A DNA stretch of 64,000 bases from Chrysomallon squamiferum (lineage: Eukaryota; Animalia; Mollusca): positions 7,316,001 through 7,380,000 of the forward strand of contig CM022667.1 in assembly GCA_012295275.1 (NCBI GenBank), given 5' to 3'. The position numbers were made by a program, and so were the translations under genes. The notes below the pieces were generated by a model. The model was not told the DNA's origin. It searched no databases and saw nothing but the letters and a program-made list of their open reading frames with translations. Positions 1-14,044 of this stretch are shown piece by piece; the stretch's first letter is position 1; every line of letters begins with the position of its first letter.

Positions 1-246
1 TATGTAGTGTGCCTCTGTACAGTCTGTACAATGTAACTATGTAGTGTAACTATGTTATGTAACTATATAGTGTGCCTCTGTACAGTACTGTTCAGTGTAA
101 CTGTAGTGTAACTATGCTATGTAACTATGTAGTGTGCCTCTGTACAGTACTGTTCAGTGTAACTATGTTGTGTAACTATGTAGTGTAACTATGTAATGTA
201 ACTATGTAGTGTGCCTCTGTACAGTACTGTTCAGTGTAACTATGTG
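1..246. repeat. composite minisatellite (GTAACTATGTAGT / GTGCCTCTGTACAGTACTGTTCAGT), truncated at the window edge
   Basis: About four recurrences of the GTGCCTCTGTACAG block are visible. Confidence 0.85.
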
Positions 247-1854
247 AGTAGATAAAAACAACATCAAATTGTGTTTATTCAACCAGGTTAGATACAGTGC
301 AAATGATCCAGTGAATAACAGAGTCCAGGTAGGAAACAAAACAGCTGAAATTAAAATATTTAGCTTTTACAAACATGACACAGCACACAAAACAACAGAT
401 GCGGCAGGGAAATATGCTTTTAAAATACTCTGCAGATAGAAATAGTGGCCAGATCTTGCCAAATAAAATGCCAGATTTCACTCAATTTGGCTGCCGTATG
501 CTGTATGGCTGCATACCATAAACTTTACCGGTATCAGTAACAGGCTCAATTGACTGAAGATAAACTACACTGGTATGTACAATGGATGATAATGGACAGG
601 GGCCAAATATTAGCTGTTGGTTTAAGCAATAAGAAGAAAATACAGCCAGGCTGCTCACTAAAGATTAAGTAACTTCAAACAAACAGAGGTTGATGTGGTA
701 GATGAATGTTCTGTGTCAGATACAACATCATCATCCTGGTTCTCAGTGTAGAAACATCTACAGCTGACAGGATGAAACCATTAACTGAGAAAGATATTGA
801 TAATTCTTCAAAAGAATTACTAACATAGCTCCCCACTCAGAGCTGTTCTAGCACACTCAGAAAATACAAGTTCTTTTCTTTTTACCAATGCTATATTTTA
901 TTAACTGTGTGTGTCTGCTCTGTCTGTTAAAGTAATTTGTGTTATTTTTAAATGTCAGACAGAATCACAATGTTAAGTCCAAACTTTTAACATCTACATA
1001 CTTTTATTAACAATCAGATATTTTATCATTTAGTTATTTATCTTTAAAACTTGCATCAGGTATAGAGATAATTATGTTACCCTTTAGTTCATATATTAGT
1101 AGAAAGAAAACAAATATCGTACAAAATGTAATTATCTAAATAACTATAATAAACAGAGATTTGTTATGTTTTTAGTTGCTGTACATGATATATGTCTAAA
1201 AGGTTTTATTATTACAAAAATGTAATAAATAAATTAATAATTGGCATCAGAATATTTCAGTACTGCCTCAGTTTTATTTTTAAGAACAGTATTTATCAAA
1301 ATGTTTATCATAATGTTGTGTCATGATTAACTTGTCACATTAGTTTATTGAATAGCTGACTTGGGTGCTGTGTGTGATGGACAAGAAGAAAAGCAGTTCT
1401 GATGTGATTGCATCTCATGTTGGCCCTGCACCAGTCGACTGATAACAAGAAAGATAACTCTAAACCAAACCAATGCACATCCAGCAGACCCCACACTGCA
1501 CCTACTGCACTCTGAGATTTCAAAAGTCCACATTCTTTTCAAATCTCCTTCAGATTAACTCACTGACATGTCTTTCATTACTTAAAGAAAATAGTTATTA
1601 TTTTTATCATTTTATTTATTTATTTATATACTTTTTTGCTGTTATTGTTGTTGTTCGTTTTTGTTACCTGCAGACACACTGGTCAGTTAAACAATATAAT
1701 ATGCCACAAAGCTACCTATGCTTTACAGTGATATTTCTGTTTAGCTGCAAGTATTTGTAATGTACACATTTCCCACAGCTAGGAGAACAACCTGAGACAT
1801 TGGCTGGATTTGATCCAGTCACCTGTTACATCTGACTTTGTGTAAAACACTCAC

Positions 1855-1982
1855 CTCAATATTGAGTCTCGTCTTGTCATCATTTTTCCCCTTTTCGTCT
1901 TTTTTCAAACTGACATCTGACGTCTGATCAAGTCTGAGTACTTTCCCCGTCTCTGTGTCCATTGTCCTCGGTGGCAGATCAA
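1855..1982 (-). CDS. nkd: naked cuticle, exon 5 (VDLPPRTMD...KTRLNIE), 128 nt, phase 1-0; gene continues left of the window
   Basis: gtatttttcag|TT GAT CTG CCA CCG...AAT ATT GAG|gtgagt, inside track ORF 1819..2001. RLNIE corresponds to NKD2 RLNID / NKD1 QLKFE, which precede the EFX domain. Confidence 0.9.
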
Positions 1983-1994
1983 CTGAAAAATACA

Positions 1995-2275
1995 CAACCA
2001 TTTTACTTTTTACTTTACAACCATTTAATTTTTACTTTACAACCATTTTATTTTTTACTTTATAACCATTTTACTTTTTACTTTACAAACATTTTTTTAT
2101 TTTTTAATTTACAACCATTTTATTTTTTACTTTACAACCATTTTACTTTTTACTTTACAACCATTTTATTTTTTACTTTACAACCATTTTATTTATTATT
2201 TTACATTCATTTTACTTTTCACTTTACAACTATTTTATTTTTTACTTTACAACATACATACAACCATTTTATTTT
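1995..2275. repeat. degenerate ~22-bp T-rich tandem repeat (TTTTACTTTACAACCATTTTA) next to the exon 5 acceptor
   Basis: The units are directly visible and explain ORF 1962..2435. Confidence 0.85.
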
Positions 2276-4936
2276 AATATTTTTTATAACATTTTTCTGT
2301 TTGTGTTTACAATATTCTTCTTTTCTTTTTAAACTCTTTTTTCAACAAAAGTACAGCTATTTTCTTCTCCTTTTTCTAATTTTAAAACAAGTAAGCACCC
2401 ACTCTTTTATTTTATTTTTTTTTAATATTATTTAACAATGAAAACAAATTCAAAAATACCTACTTTTGTAATATAGACAAACAAAATGATGTTGACATAG
2501 AAGCATTTACTTCATAACTGTCACGATTTTTGTATAATAATAATAATAATAATAATAATAAGTTTTGTTTTAAAACAACAACAGGAAATTAGTTTTTTAT
2601 ATTTATATAATGGCTGGATTGTGTAATTCTGGTTTCATTCAAGCAGAGTTTACTGCATTTGACTTAACTAGCTGAAGAAAGATTTTCACCATTGTAATAG
2701 TCAAGTTTGTTTTGTTGGGGGTTTTTGGACTGAGGATGTACTGATTGTGCATGATTCAGTATGTGTATGTTTGTATATGTGTATGTTTGTGTATGTGTGT
2801 TTATGTGTGTATGTATGTATGTATATTGTAAGAATGTATGTGTGTGTATGTGTATATATGTATGTTTGTGTGAATGAATGTATGTATATTGTAAGTTAGA
2901 ATGTGTGTGTGTGTGTGTGTGTGTGTACGTATGTACCTTCACTCAGCATAATTCTCTTACATGAATGCTTGAATGTATGTCTGTGCATGTATTTGTATTT
3001 ATCTGTGTGAGTGCATGTACATCTGTGTGTGTGTGTCTGTCTCACTGTGTATGTGTGTAAAAATAAAACAGGTAAAAATCAACCACATATTATTAGATAG
3101 TTTTATCATCATGAGACTTTTGCTAGTAAAATTTAGTGTGTTCCAGCTTGCTGAAATAATAAAGTATTTGTGTTGATCTTTGATACTTTTTAACTTGATG
3201 TATTCCACAGTCAAAAAATCTTTGTTTTCCAGACTGGTAAGTTAGCCAGTATTTCACAATAGAGACAAACAAGTCAGCACATACCATGTGATTTCAGTCC
3301 ACTCTGATAAAGTTATATTTAAAGAACATGGCTACAGTTAGTTCTCATTGTTACAACATTTTTATTTGTTGTAAACTGTGGATTATCTCACATAAAAACC
3401 TGTCACAAGTTTACTGTAAATTGTGACTCCTCTTTCCACCTTGGGTGGTTAAAAACAAACATGAGAATACGCAGTTCTTCTATGAAAATTTTCTTCTTTG
3501 AAGGTAAGTGTTGTAAAAATTGCTGCCAGAACCAATCTTTATTTTAATTCTTGGCACACTGAGTTACTGCAGGAACCATCCTGGATAAATTACTGCAACA
3601 CTCTTGTATGTAAGGTAGCAGTAATGATGTCATTAACTATGGAAGCCAAACATATCTGTTTTACACAAAATTAAGTTATCATTGCTTTCTTCAACTTCCT
3701 TTGATCGTAAGTTGAAGAGTTCTCAAAAGTGTCGTCCAATCAGATGTGAAAATACTTTAACAAAATGGCTGAAATCTTGGCCTGGTTAATTTAAAAACTA
3801 AAATGTATTTTATGAGTTTGCTACAAAAAGATATGGAGACATGGGGAGTGGAGGCAATAAAGCCAACTACTGCTACAGACTGACAAACAACTTCCAACAA
3901 ACTGTTCGTAGTTAATCAGTGGATTCATTGTTTCCATACATGTATAATTAAAATTCTTCAAGATGAGTTCAAAGTTAAGGCCTATGATAATGAAAAAAAG
4001 ACTACATCAATTAACATGACAGTCTTGTCTGTGTTTGTTTTAACAAATCTAGACATGTCCTCTGAATGCTCGGGTGATCAGCACAGAGCCAGCTGAATTA
4101 TGGGATGCACATTCTTACATCTGCTCTTTGATAGTCTTGTTTGTTGTTGATAAGACTGAGTCTTGGTTTTAATTAATCTTCAGCCAACTCTTTGAAAAGA
4201 ATGAAAAATAAACAAAGGTTGCAAACAGAGAATATTAAACATATTCTTGTTCCTGTTTACCTGGCTGAGAGACACAAGTCAGATATCACATACAAATTAA
4301 CCAGTGTAGAATGTGTAGCAGATTGTCAATTCATTGGAAATAATTCATCATGTTAATTACTTTGAGTAAATATTTTGTGTAAATACACATAGGAGTTCAT
4401 CAGTGTCTTTATTCACTGCTACATATATAACACTCCATTAGTCATACTGATTAACATAGCTTAGAATTTTTTGTTACTATTATTTTTTTAATGCAAGAAA
4501 TTACCACATACTGAATCTCAACAATATTTTTATAGTTATAGAATGTACCCTAGTGACAAGAAATAACAAATTAGTGATTAAAAAATAAATAAAATTAAAA
4601 TATAAAAAAATATAAAAGTAAATAAGAATTTAATTTTAGCTGCTGGGATGTTTTCTGTGGCTTTTTTGTTTTTTGCAATTTTTCTACACCGAACCATGGC
4701 CCCAGTTAGTTAATTTGATTTTCTGTATGATGAAAGGAAGTAGGCCCTAACTTCCTGTCTGAATCTAATAAAAAGAAAAATTCTTCAAAACATTGTCTTT
4801 CCTGTTACTGCATGATACACAGTCACAAAAGCAGATGTTATATATAAATAACATTGAGTATCATAGAGAACAGTATTAACTTAAAGTGTGACTCTAATGC
4901 TGCAAACAAACTGAATAAATCTATCTTTTACAGTAG

Positions 4937-4983
<47 letters not shown>

Positions 4984-5332
4984 TAGTAAAGAAAGAACCT
5001 GAGAGACTGAATAGGTTCTTATTTTGGTATATTCTCAGTCTGTCAGAAATCATTATAATGAAGAAAATAATGTCAAAGTGAAATCAGTGTCAAACTTCAT
5101 TACCAGTCTACTGTTAACATACTTTATTATTAGCAAACACTGTTACTAGAAATAACACAACCTGGATTTAGAGATTATTTTATATGTATCAACATGAGTA
5201 TACTTTTAAAACATGCAACAGCTATTTTAATATCCTGGCTTGACACTCACAGGGTAAAGGTCAAAGAGCAAACTAAAAAAGAAAACCATGTTTGATAAAA
5301 TTCTAAAATATGCTTCCCATCAGCCACTTCTC

Positions 5333-5513
5333 TTTCAGCACTGTCCAAATTAGACACACATCATCAGATTTCAGCACTGTCCAAATTAGACACACATCAT
5401 CAGATTTCAGCACTATCCAAATTAGACACACATCATCAGATTTCAGCACTATCCAAATTAGACACACATCATCAGATTTCAGCACTATCCAAATTAGACA
5501 CACATCATCAGAT
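5333..5513. repeat. 36-bp minisatellite, ~5 copies
   Basis: Unit TTCAGCACTRTCCAAATTAGACACACATCATCAGAT. Confidence 0.95.
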
Positions 5514-6356
5514 GTCAATTAGATAAGCCTGCTGCCAGTGTCAAGCAAGTTTAGAATTCTTTTCACTTGTTGATGTTCAGTTAGAGGTTGCTATACCTTA
5601 AATCAGTATTCATTACTAATAATGTTAATAACAGTGTAGAGGTTGCTACATCTGAAATCAGTACTTATCCGTGATAATGTTAACTGTAATAGTTTGCATA
5701 TTTCAGTTCAGCACTGACTTACAACAAAGTAAACCACTACATAGTATAAAAATAAACAAACCTTAGCAGTACAACTGAGTTCTTTTCTTTTTTTTTCCTT
5801 CTTTTCTTTTTTTTTTTTTTTTATTCAATGTTTTTACTCTATGTCACTTTCTCTATAACTATTCATCTAACACACTTACAAGGTCTGATATCCATTATTT
5901 CTGAAACGTGGGCCCTGGACAGCATGCTTGAATCTTCTTGTTTCATAAAGTGATATAAAAGAGATGAACACATCACTCAACTGTGAACAGTTTATAACAT
6001 TTTACTTTTTCTTATTTACACAGAAATACCTGACCGACTTTACCATTTCTCATTTTAAAGCATTCAGATCAAGATTAAACAATTTATAATCATTTATGAG
6101 AAGTCAAGACATTAGTAATCATACACGTTTAGAATATGTCAAAACGAGAAACAATGTGAAAATGAGCATAGCAGCATCGTAAATCATCTCTTAAATAATA
6201 ATAACAGTTACAGTAATATGAACAATAATGGTGATGATGATGATTTTATATATATATATATAAACAAATAAATAAATAAATAATTTTAAACTTTCAAATG
6301 ACCAAAGTATAAATGAATAGACATTTATAATTAAATAAACTAAAAAAATAAGTATA

Positions 6357-6933
6357 TGGTGGAACCATAGGTTATGAATGCCTTGAAGCATGAATAAATC
6401 GGATTACGAACCGTGATCTTGGGCAATTTTTGTCTCGGTTTATGAATAATGACCCAAATTATGAACTACAGAGACACACCATGACAAGCTTTCTTTTTAT
6501 TTTGGTTTTGACGTGAACATCTAGTGAAGATAAGAATAGATGCTTACATCAAAATGAGGTCAAAGTAAGGATTATAGGCATGCTCTATAGAAAATATGTA
6601 TCATGAATTAGGGCTATTAGTCTTTGATATGCAGTTGCAGCTCAATAGCTTTTGCATTGAGATTGTGCACTCGCATTTTTTGAAGTGTTTTTAAAGTGTT
6701 GTTTATGTTTATATTTTTTATTATACCCTATCCAATATGCCACACAAGAAAACAAAACATGAAAGCAATAATGGTGGTGGAAAGGATAAATGTATCACAG
6801 TAGAGGTTAAGAAAGAAATAATTTCAATACATGAGAGTGATGTTCGTGTGTCTGACATCATTTCGGTTTATGTACAATTCGGTTTATGAACCAAGTCTGG
6901 AACGAATTAAGTTCATAACCTGAGGTTTCACTG
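6357..6933 (+). mobile_element. non-autonomous Tigger/pogo-like (Tc1/mariner superfamily) DNA transposon remnant
   Basis: Degenerate TIRs: TA|TGGTGGAACCATAGGTTATGAA and TTCATAACCTGAGGTTTCACTG. Subterminal TCGG(T/A)TTA(T/C)GAA repeats at both ends. The internal 50-codon ORF 6737-6889 (MPHKKTK...CITVEVKKEIISIHESDVRVSD) resembles the N-terminal HTH start of Tigger-type transposases. Confidence 0.75.
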
Positions 6934-8920
6934 TGTATGTATTTGTTTATTACACCATTTTTTAATGTTATGTGATGTTTGGTTCTGTAATGACAGCACT
7001 GTGACATGAGTTGTTATTTATAAACTTTTGTTTGTAACTTCTGACATGATCAAACACTGCACTTGAAATAAAAACTGTTACAAGAAGAAAACAGTGAAAA
7101 CACACATATAAATGTTACTATTTGATTTTATAGTATTTTTTATTATTTTATTATGTGTATTATTAGTACTATTTTACTTATTTTTTAAGTGTTAGAAAAG
7201 AAACAAGGTATTTTCTGTTATATAAGAAGAGAAAAATTCTGTTATTATTACATCAACAGATTTTTAAAACTGAATTTTTTTATTTATATCAGTAACACAG
7301 CAAGTCTCAACTAAACACAAAAAACAAACTTCAACATTTTATCAAATTCATTAACAGAAATTTTTTTTTTTTTATTTTTTTATTTTTCATCTTGAATATT
7401 TATTGAATTTTATCGCTGTGACCTGGAGGTGCCAATTAGCTGATTTTCACTGCAGGAAGCAAATGAGAAATTCCCCAAGCTACAATTATCTGTGTGGTCT
7501 GACTCAGACAGAAATGAATTGAAGCTGTTACCAATCTCACTGTTTTCTCCACACTGACATACATTTTCTCTTTTATTTCCTTTCATTCTTTCTTTCTTTC
7601 TTTCTTTCTCTTTTTCTTCTGTTTTTAATTAATCCATATTTGTTTATTTCAGTAAACTAGACAAGCTACTTGTGCTGGTATAACACACAGTGACACTGAT
7701 TAAAGTGAGACACTGTTGGAATGGGATAAAACAACTGAAAACACTCATCAATCCATTTGTTTTTTAAAAAGACACTGGGTTTTTTTTCTGGGTTTTTTTT
7801 CAACTCGTTTCTTTCTTTTTTTTTCTTTTTTTCTGTTTTTCTTTTCAATTGCAGGTTTACTTTAGCTAATATTCTTGTTTGGATATAATAACAAAATTAA
7901 TAAAATGTATTATTAATCAGATATTCATTAAATAAATATTAATAACAACTGACAGTCAGGTTAGATGATTGTGCAGTATCAAAAATAAGATTTAACATTT
8001 TAATTTTTTTAACATGATTTTTTTAATGACATTTTAATTAATGAAATAGGATTTCATTTTTCTTTTATTTATGTTCAAATTTATAAGGTATTAAATTGAT
8101 TAATTTCAGAAACTTATTTAATGTCTTTCTTTAATCTTGGATTACTTTTATTTAAAAACACAAGCAGAAAAAATTTAAAAAGAGAAAGAAAAAAGTAAGT
8201 TCATTAAAATAAAATATCTTAAAATATTAAGATACGTGTATTTTTTATGTAATTTTCATCTTATTTCTTAAAAGGGTTGTGCTGAAACATGAACTGAAAA
8301 TAAAACATGAACTAGAAAAAAATAAAAAAATAAAAACTACTCACGTGTGTTAAACCAGTGTCAGACATGTGACACAGAAAGTAAGAAAAATTCTCCAGTA
8401 AACCAGAGTTAACTCACATACTGTTTTTATAATTAGCTAGTTTTTAACTTGCCAGTTTGAAACCCACAGGATTTTAGTCAGGCAGGAAATACCATATTTA
8501 CAGTAAGTGCCAGACTAACAGGACAGGTCAAAGGTCAGTGGAGATACAGCTTTAATTAGCAATGAGATCGTTAAGACATAACAGGGCAGGCCCCTGACTG
8601 GTCATTATGTAAATTGATTGATTATTCACTTAACAGTGAATCTGAACACTCAGTCACTGTGATAACAGTTGTCTGTAATAACATGTATGCTCTGGGTAAT
8701 TACAATCATAAAAATAATAATCATATTGTGTTAAGTCACATTACGATAATAGTCTGGTAATAGTTATATTGTGATAAGTCACTGAAATAATAGTAATATT
8801 CTGATAATATTCATAATGTGGTAATAGTTTTACTGTAATAATTGTTAAAATTAATTATATGTTTGCACTGTCTGTATGTCTGTAAATACACAAACACACA
8901 AACAAACTGTTGACACATAC

Positions 8921-8969
8921 CTTGCAATGGAATTCCAGTTTCTTTGTCTTCAAGACATATTGACAACTC
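8921..8969 (-). CDS. nkd: naked cuticle, exon 4 (ELSICLEDKETGIPLQ + 1 nt), 49 nt, phase 0-1
   Basis: tttgttttattttcag|GAG TTG TCA...CCA TTG CAA G|gtatgt. Joined to exon 5 it gives PLQ-VDLPP, matching the NKD (P)L(Q/E)VxLPP motif. It is not in the ORF track. Confidence 0.85.
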
Positions 8970-9284
8970 CTGAAAATAAAACAAAAATCAATTAATTTAG
9001 CATTTCAAATAATGATCATAATTAACAGAGCAACAAAATGTTAATCAGATGAAGCTGGCTGTTCTCCCCTAAAATCAGTTTCCACCTTTTCTATGAATTT
9101 CTATGAAAAACAAAAATAAAAAAAATAAAAAAACATGAACTATTTTTCAAAACTGAAAATGTTTTTAAATGATTTAAGCATATATGATTTTTGCAATTAC
9201 AACAAAATTATCAGGTTTAGAAATACAACAAGTAAAACACCCCTCCCCAAACAATCCACCAGTTTTGTAACTGAACAGTTGATA

Positions 9285-9905
9285 TTAAAACTGTGAATTG
9301 TCAAAATAGTGAAATATCAACATGTTGTTGAAACCGTGAAATATCAATGTGTTGTTAAAACAGTGAAATATCAACGTGTTGTTAAAACAGTGAAATATCA
9401 ACGTGTTGTTAAAACAGTGAAATATTAACGTTGTTAAAACAGTGAAATATCAACATGTTGTTAAAACAGTGAAATATCAACTTGTTAAAACAGTGAAATA
9501 TCAATGTGTTGTTAAAACAGTGAAATATCAACTTGTTAAAACAGTGAAATATCAACTTGTTGTTAAAACAGTGAAATATTAACGTTGTTAAAACAGTTAA
9601 ATATCAACGTGTTGTTAAAACAGTGAAATATTAACGTTGTTAAAACAGTGAAATATCAACGTGTTGTTAAAACAGTGAAATATTAACGTAGTTAAAACAG
9701 TGAAATATCAAAGTGTTGTTAAAACAGTGAAATATCAACGTGTTAAAACAGTGAAATATCAACGTGTTGTTAAAACAGTGAAATATCAACGCATTGTTAA
9801 AACAGTGAAATATCAACGTGTTGTTAAAACAGTGAAATATCAATGTGTTGTTAAAACAGTGAAATATCAATGTGTTGTTAAAACAGTGAAATATCAACTT
9901 GTTGT
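9285..9905. repeat. ~24-bp minisatellite (21-24-bp variants), ~25 copies
   Basis: Unit GTTGTTAAAACAGTGAAATATCAACGT. Confidence 0.95.
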
Positions 9906-10187
9906 CTGTGTTTATCATTAACCAGCTATTAATTACTGAATTTTTTTAAGACATCTGTTACTTATTACATTACTAAAAATTCCCTTATTTTATCTTTCCA
10001 GTATGAAACTTTGTTCATCTTCATTTGACTGGCTCTAGACCTCCCAAGGGGAGTGTCCACTTTATTGGTCAGTTTGTAGTGGACAGTGATAGAAATCTGG
10101 TTTCAATACAAGAAAAGAAAGACGCTAACAGTCTGTGTTTAAGTCCATGTTGTGTTTAGTGAATACTTTACTGTGCCATAGCAAAAT

Positions 10188-11088
10188 TACATAACAGTGA
10201 CACAAAACTAGATCTCACATACATGACAGTGAAACAAACTAGATATCACATATATAACAGTGAAACTAGACATCACATACATGACAGTGAAACAAACCAG
10301 ATAACACATACATGACAGTGAAACAAACCAGATAACACATACATGAGTGAAACAAACCAGATAACACATACATGACAGTGAAACAAACCAGATAACACAT
10401 ACATGACAGTGAAACAAACCAGACATTACACACATGAGTGAAACAAACTAGATATCACATATATAACAGTGAAACTAGATATCACATACATGACAGTGAA
10501 ACAAACCAGATAACACATACATGACAGTGAAACAAACTAGATATCACATACATAACAGTGAAACTAGATATCATATATATAACAGTGAAACTAGATAGCA
10601 CATACATGACAGTGAAACTAGATATCACATACATGACAGTGAAACAAACCAGACATTACATACATGAGTGAAACAAACTAGATATCACATATATAACAGT
10701 GAAACTAGATATCACATATATAACAGTGAAACTAGATATCACATACATGACAGTGAAACAAACCAGACATTACATACATGAGTAAAACAAACTAGATCTC
10801 ACATACATAACAGTGAAAGAACCTCGATATCACATAAATAACAGTGAAACAAACTAGATATCACATACATAACAGTAAAGAACCTAGATATCACAAAAAT
10901 AACAGTGAAACAAACTAGATATCACATAAGTAACAGTGAAACAAACTAGGTATCGCATAAATAACAGCGAAACAAAACTAGATATCACAAAAATAACAGT
11001 GAAACAAACTAGGTATCACAAAAATAACAGTGAAACAAACTAGGTATCGCATAAATAACAGCGAAACAAAACTAGATATCACATACAG
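10188..11088. repeat. 26-30-bp minisatellite, ~30 copies
   Basis: Unit ACAGTGAAACAAACTAGATATCACATACAT(G/A). Confidence 0.95.
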
Positions 11089-11445
11089 AACAAAAAAACA
11101 CATGAATTCTTAAACATAAAAAAAAATTCGCCCTGTTAAAATAAGCTAAATAAACAAGGATTAACTGATAAAACTCAATGTACATATCAACACTTGTAAG
11201 AGTTTTGTGAAAAAGAAAACTGGTAAAATTTACCATCTGTCACCAGTGTTGTGTAAACAGAATTCCATGAGTTAACACAAAGATGAGTTTGATCCTGACA
11301 AAACATTCCACCACAAGAGTTGTTATATCATTTCAAAACAAACATCAAAGTTACAACAATCATTTCAAAACAAACATCGAAGTTACAACAATCTGACAAC
11401 AAAACAAACTTCTTACTGTTTGTGTTAGATGATTTTATATGATAT

Positions 11446-11581
11446 ATTTTAACATATCAACAGTTCTGTACAGTGAAGTTACCTGTTTTAACATATCAAC
11501 AGTTCTGTACAGTGAAGTTACCTGTTTTAACATTTCAATAGTTCTGTACAGTGAAGTTACCTGTTTTAACATTTCAACAGT
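11446..11581. repeat. ~39-bp tandem repeat, ~3.5 copies
   Basis: Unit TTTTAACATATCAACAGTTCTGTACAGTGAAGTTACCTG. Confidence 0.9.
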
Positions 11582-12543
11582 ATGGTGAATTATGCATTTA
11601 ACTGTTGTGTAAAATAAAGATAATTATAATAATAACTCATGTACAATAAAGATAATTATAACAGATAACTGTTATTAATTATAAAAACTAATCTGATCTT
11701 TAGCCTGCCCGGAAAACATTTTTATTTTCCTAATTGAATACAAATTCACATCATCATTTATAACTGTCAATAACAAATTTCCACTGTCAAAGCAGACAAT
11801 ACAAAAAACAAATACCACATTAACAACATGTCAGAAAACAATGCAGTGCTGTTTTTTTTCTCTTCATTACAATTTGAAATTATCATCTGGTACATTGTCT
11901 TATCTCATTATCTCCTGTCATACCGAGCATGTCCACACTAAATTATCATTTACTTCTCAACACAAACAACTGGGGAGTGAGGCTTCACAATGACAGCAGA
12001 CTAAAATGGACACCAATAGTGTTCAGGGAGGGGAAAAATAACTGACAAAAACTATAACACTTTTTAAAATATATAAATAAATAAACAAACAAACAAACAA
12101 ATAAACAAATAAAAAGAACTATATATTACAACTTGTTTTCTTTTAAAAACTACTGAAAATAAATCAATTTACCCAAGTAGAAACGATAACTTGAGTGACA
12201 ATAGTTCAGTATCTGCATATTTGTTTGTAACAACATTTAACAATATGAGACTCTACTTGCATGTTTTACACGTTTGTGTTTTACAAAGACAGGATTTACA
12301 AGACTGAATGAAAAAACAACTCAACAGTCACTCGAAGGAGAACTAAACCAAACACTGTCATTTCTCAGACAAGTGCCCTAACCACTAATGTGTGATTCTA
12401 TTTCAAAATCATTATTAATCAGAAATGTCTAATTTCTCATTATTTTAAAAAAAGATTTTGATTTAATTTGTCACTAAAACAAACCTTTTTATTGACATAT
12501 TTGAAAAGATGACTACAAATACAAATCTTCTTATCTTAGTAAT

Positions 12544-12751
12544 TGTACACCACAAGTTTTCAGAGTTTGTAACATTCTGTACAACACAAGTTTTCATAGT
12601 TTGTCACATTCTGTACACCACACATTTTCATAGTTTGTCACATTCTGTACAACCCAAGTTTTCATAGTTTGTCACATTCTGTACTCAACAAGTTTTCATA
12701 GTTTGTCACATTCTGTACTCAACAAGTTTTCATAGTTTGTCACATTCTGTA
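12544..12751. repeat. ~34-bp minisatellite, ~6 copies
   Basis: Unit CAAGTTTTCATAGTTTGTCACATTCTGTAC plus a variable tail. Confidence 0.9.
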
Positions 12752-14044
12752 GACTGAGAACAAATTAATCCCAGTTTGTCAGGGCTGATTACAACAGAGA
12801 ATTACAAGACAAGAAACTATCAATTATCTACACAAATATATAATTTACATTTCAAACATTTTACATCAATATTTCTGTTACTCCTTTTTTATCTTCATTT
12901 TATACTTTAATAAGCTGTTGAAACTGACAAGAAAGTTTGTTATTACATGGATACAAAGTTTTGTTGTTTTTCTTTTTTCTTCTACTTTTTTTGTACATAT
13001 GTGTATTATTCTTTTCATGTGTCAGTGACATTTTACTGTTGTCAGGAAATGCTAAATTTTTATATTTTTGATATTTGTTATTCTTCTTTACTTTTTTTCT
13101 TCTGCAGTATGTCATGAGATCAAATCATATTAGAGGATGTTAACTATTTAAAAAAAAACTCCCTTAGTAACTTCTACTTTCCATGAGTAATACTGACAGT
13201 GATATTGTACAGCTCATACCATGGAGTTTTGTATACAACATGGAAAAAACACAGATACACACTTACACACAGTACCACACACATAAACCACTAACACATG
13301 AAAGTACATACACACAAATACATATTTACATAATGATCACTTAGTGAAACTAAAAGGCACTGTACTGGACATACATCCTGACAGACAGACACACACACAT
13401 ACTTGTATCAAAGACTGATAAACATGTTTGATGTTCAAGTGCTGGGTGTGATGACAGGAAACACTCATCTGAGTATTCTCCTAGCTTTGTGTTAATAGAC
13501 TTAATTGGTTAATGAGTAACTCAAACTGTTTTATCTGGTGTTTATTCTGATACAAGCTGAACTTCAAAGTGACACATCAAAAACTGACTCTTTTACATCT
13601 TGACTCAGTGTGTGAACTACTGGGTGACAAATGCTCTGTGATAGTGTGCCATTTGAGACCTGACAGCTGCAGGATCAATCCTTATCACATCTCCTATTTC
13701 ACACTCCAGTTTCTTGAAAGTGTATTTGTTATAGTGGGTACATATAATGTACTTAATGCAGGTAGGTACATGTAAATAAAGCTATTTGTCATAGACGTGC
13801 TAGGTGCTGCAGATCAAGTCAGTGTAGACTGGCTACTGTTAGAACAACAAGAATGTGTGAACTGCAGAGCAGACTATTAACTAGTGAACATGAAATGACT
13901 GGCTGGGAGTTCACACAGCATGGTTCACTTTCAGAGATCACAGGAGCATTTTCTTTGGTGTTGGACTAATGACAAACAGATGAGCAGAATCAATGCCTCC
14001 CAGGAAAGACATCTGAGACACTAAGTTCTCCAATGTGGCCACAG

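Noticed and set aside
660-780. Possible nkd exon 6 (EFX) in the GC-richer patch
   Set aside because: No frame yields the expected CDVS...QEWxFTLYDFD-type motif and splice signals are lacking. Exon 6 is presumably outside the window.
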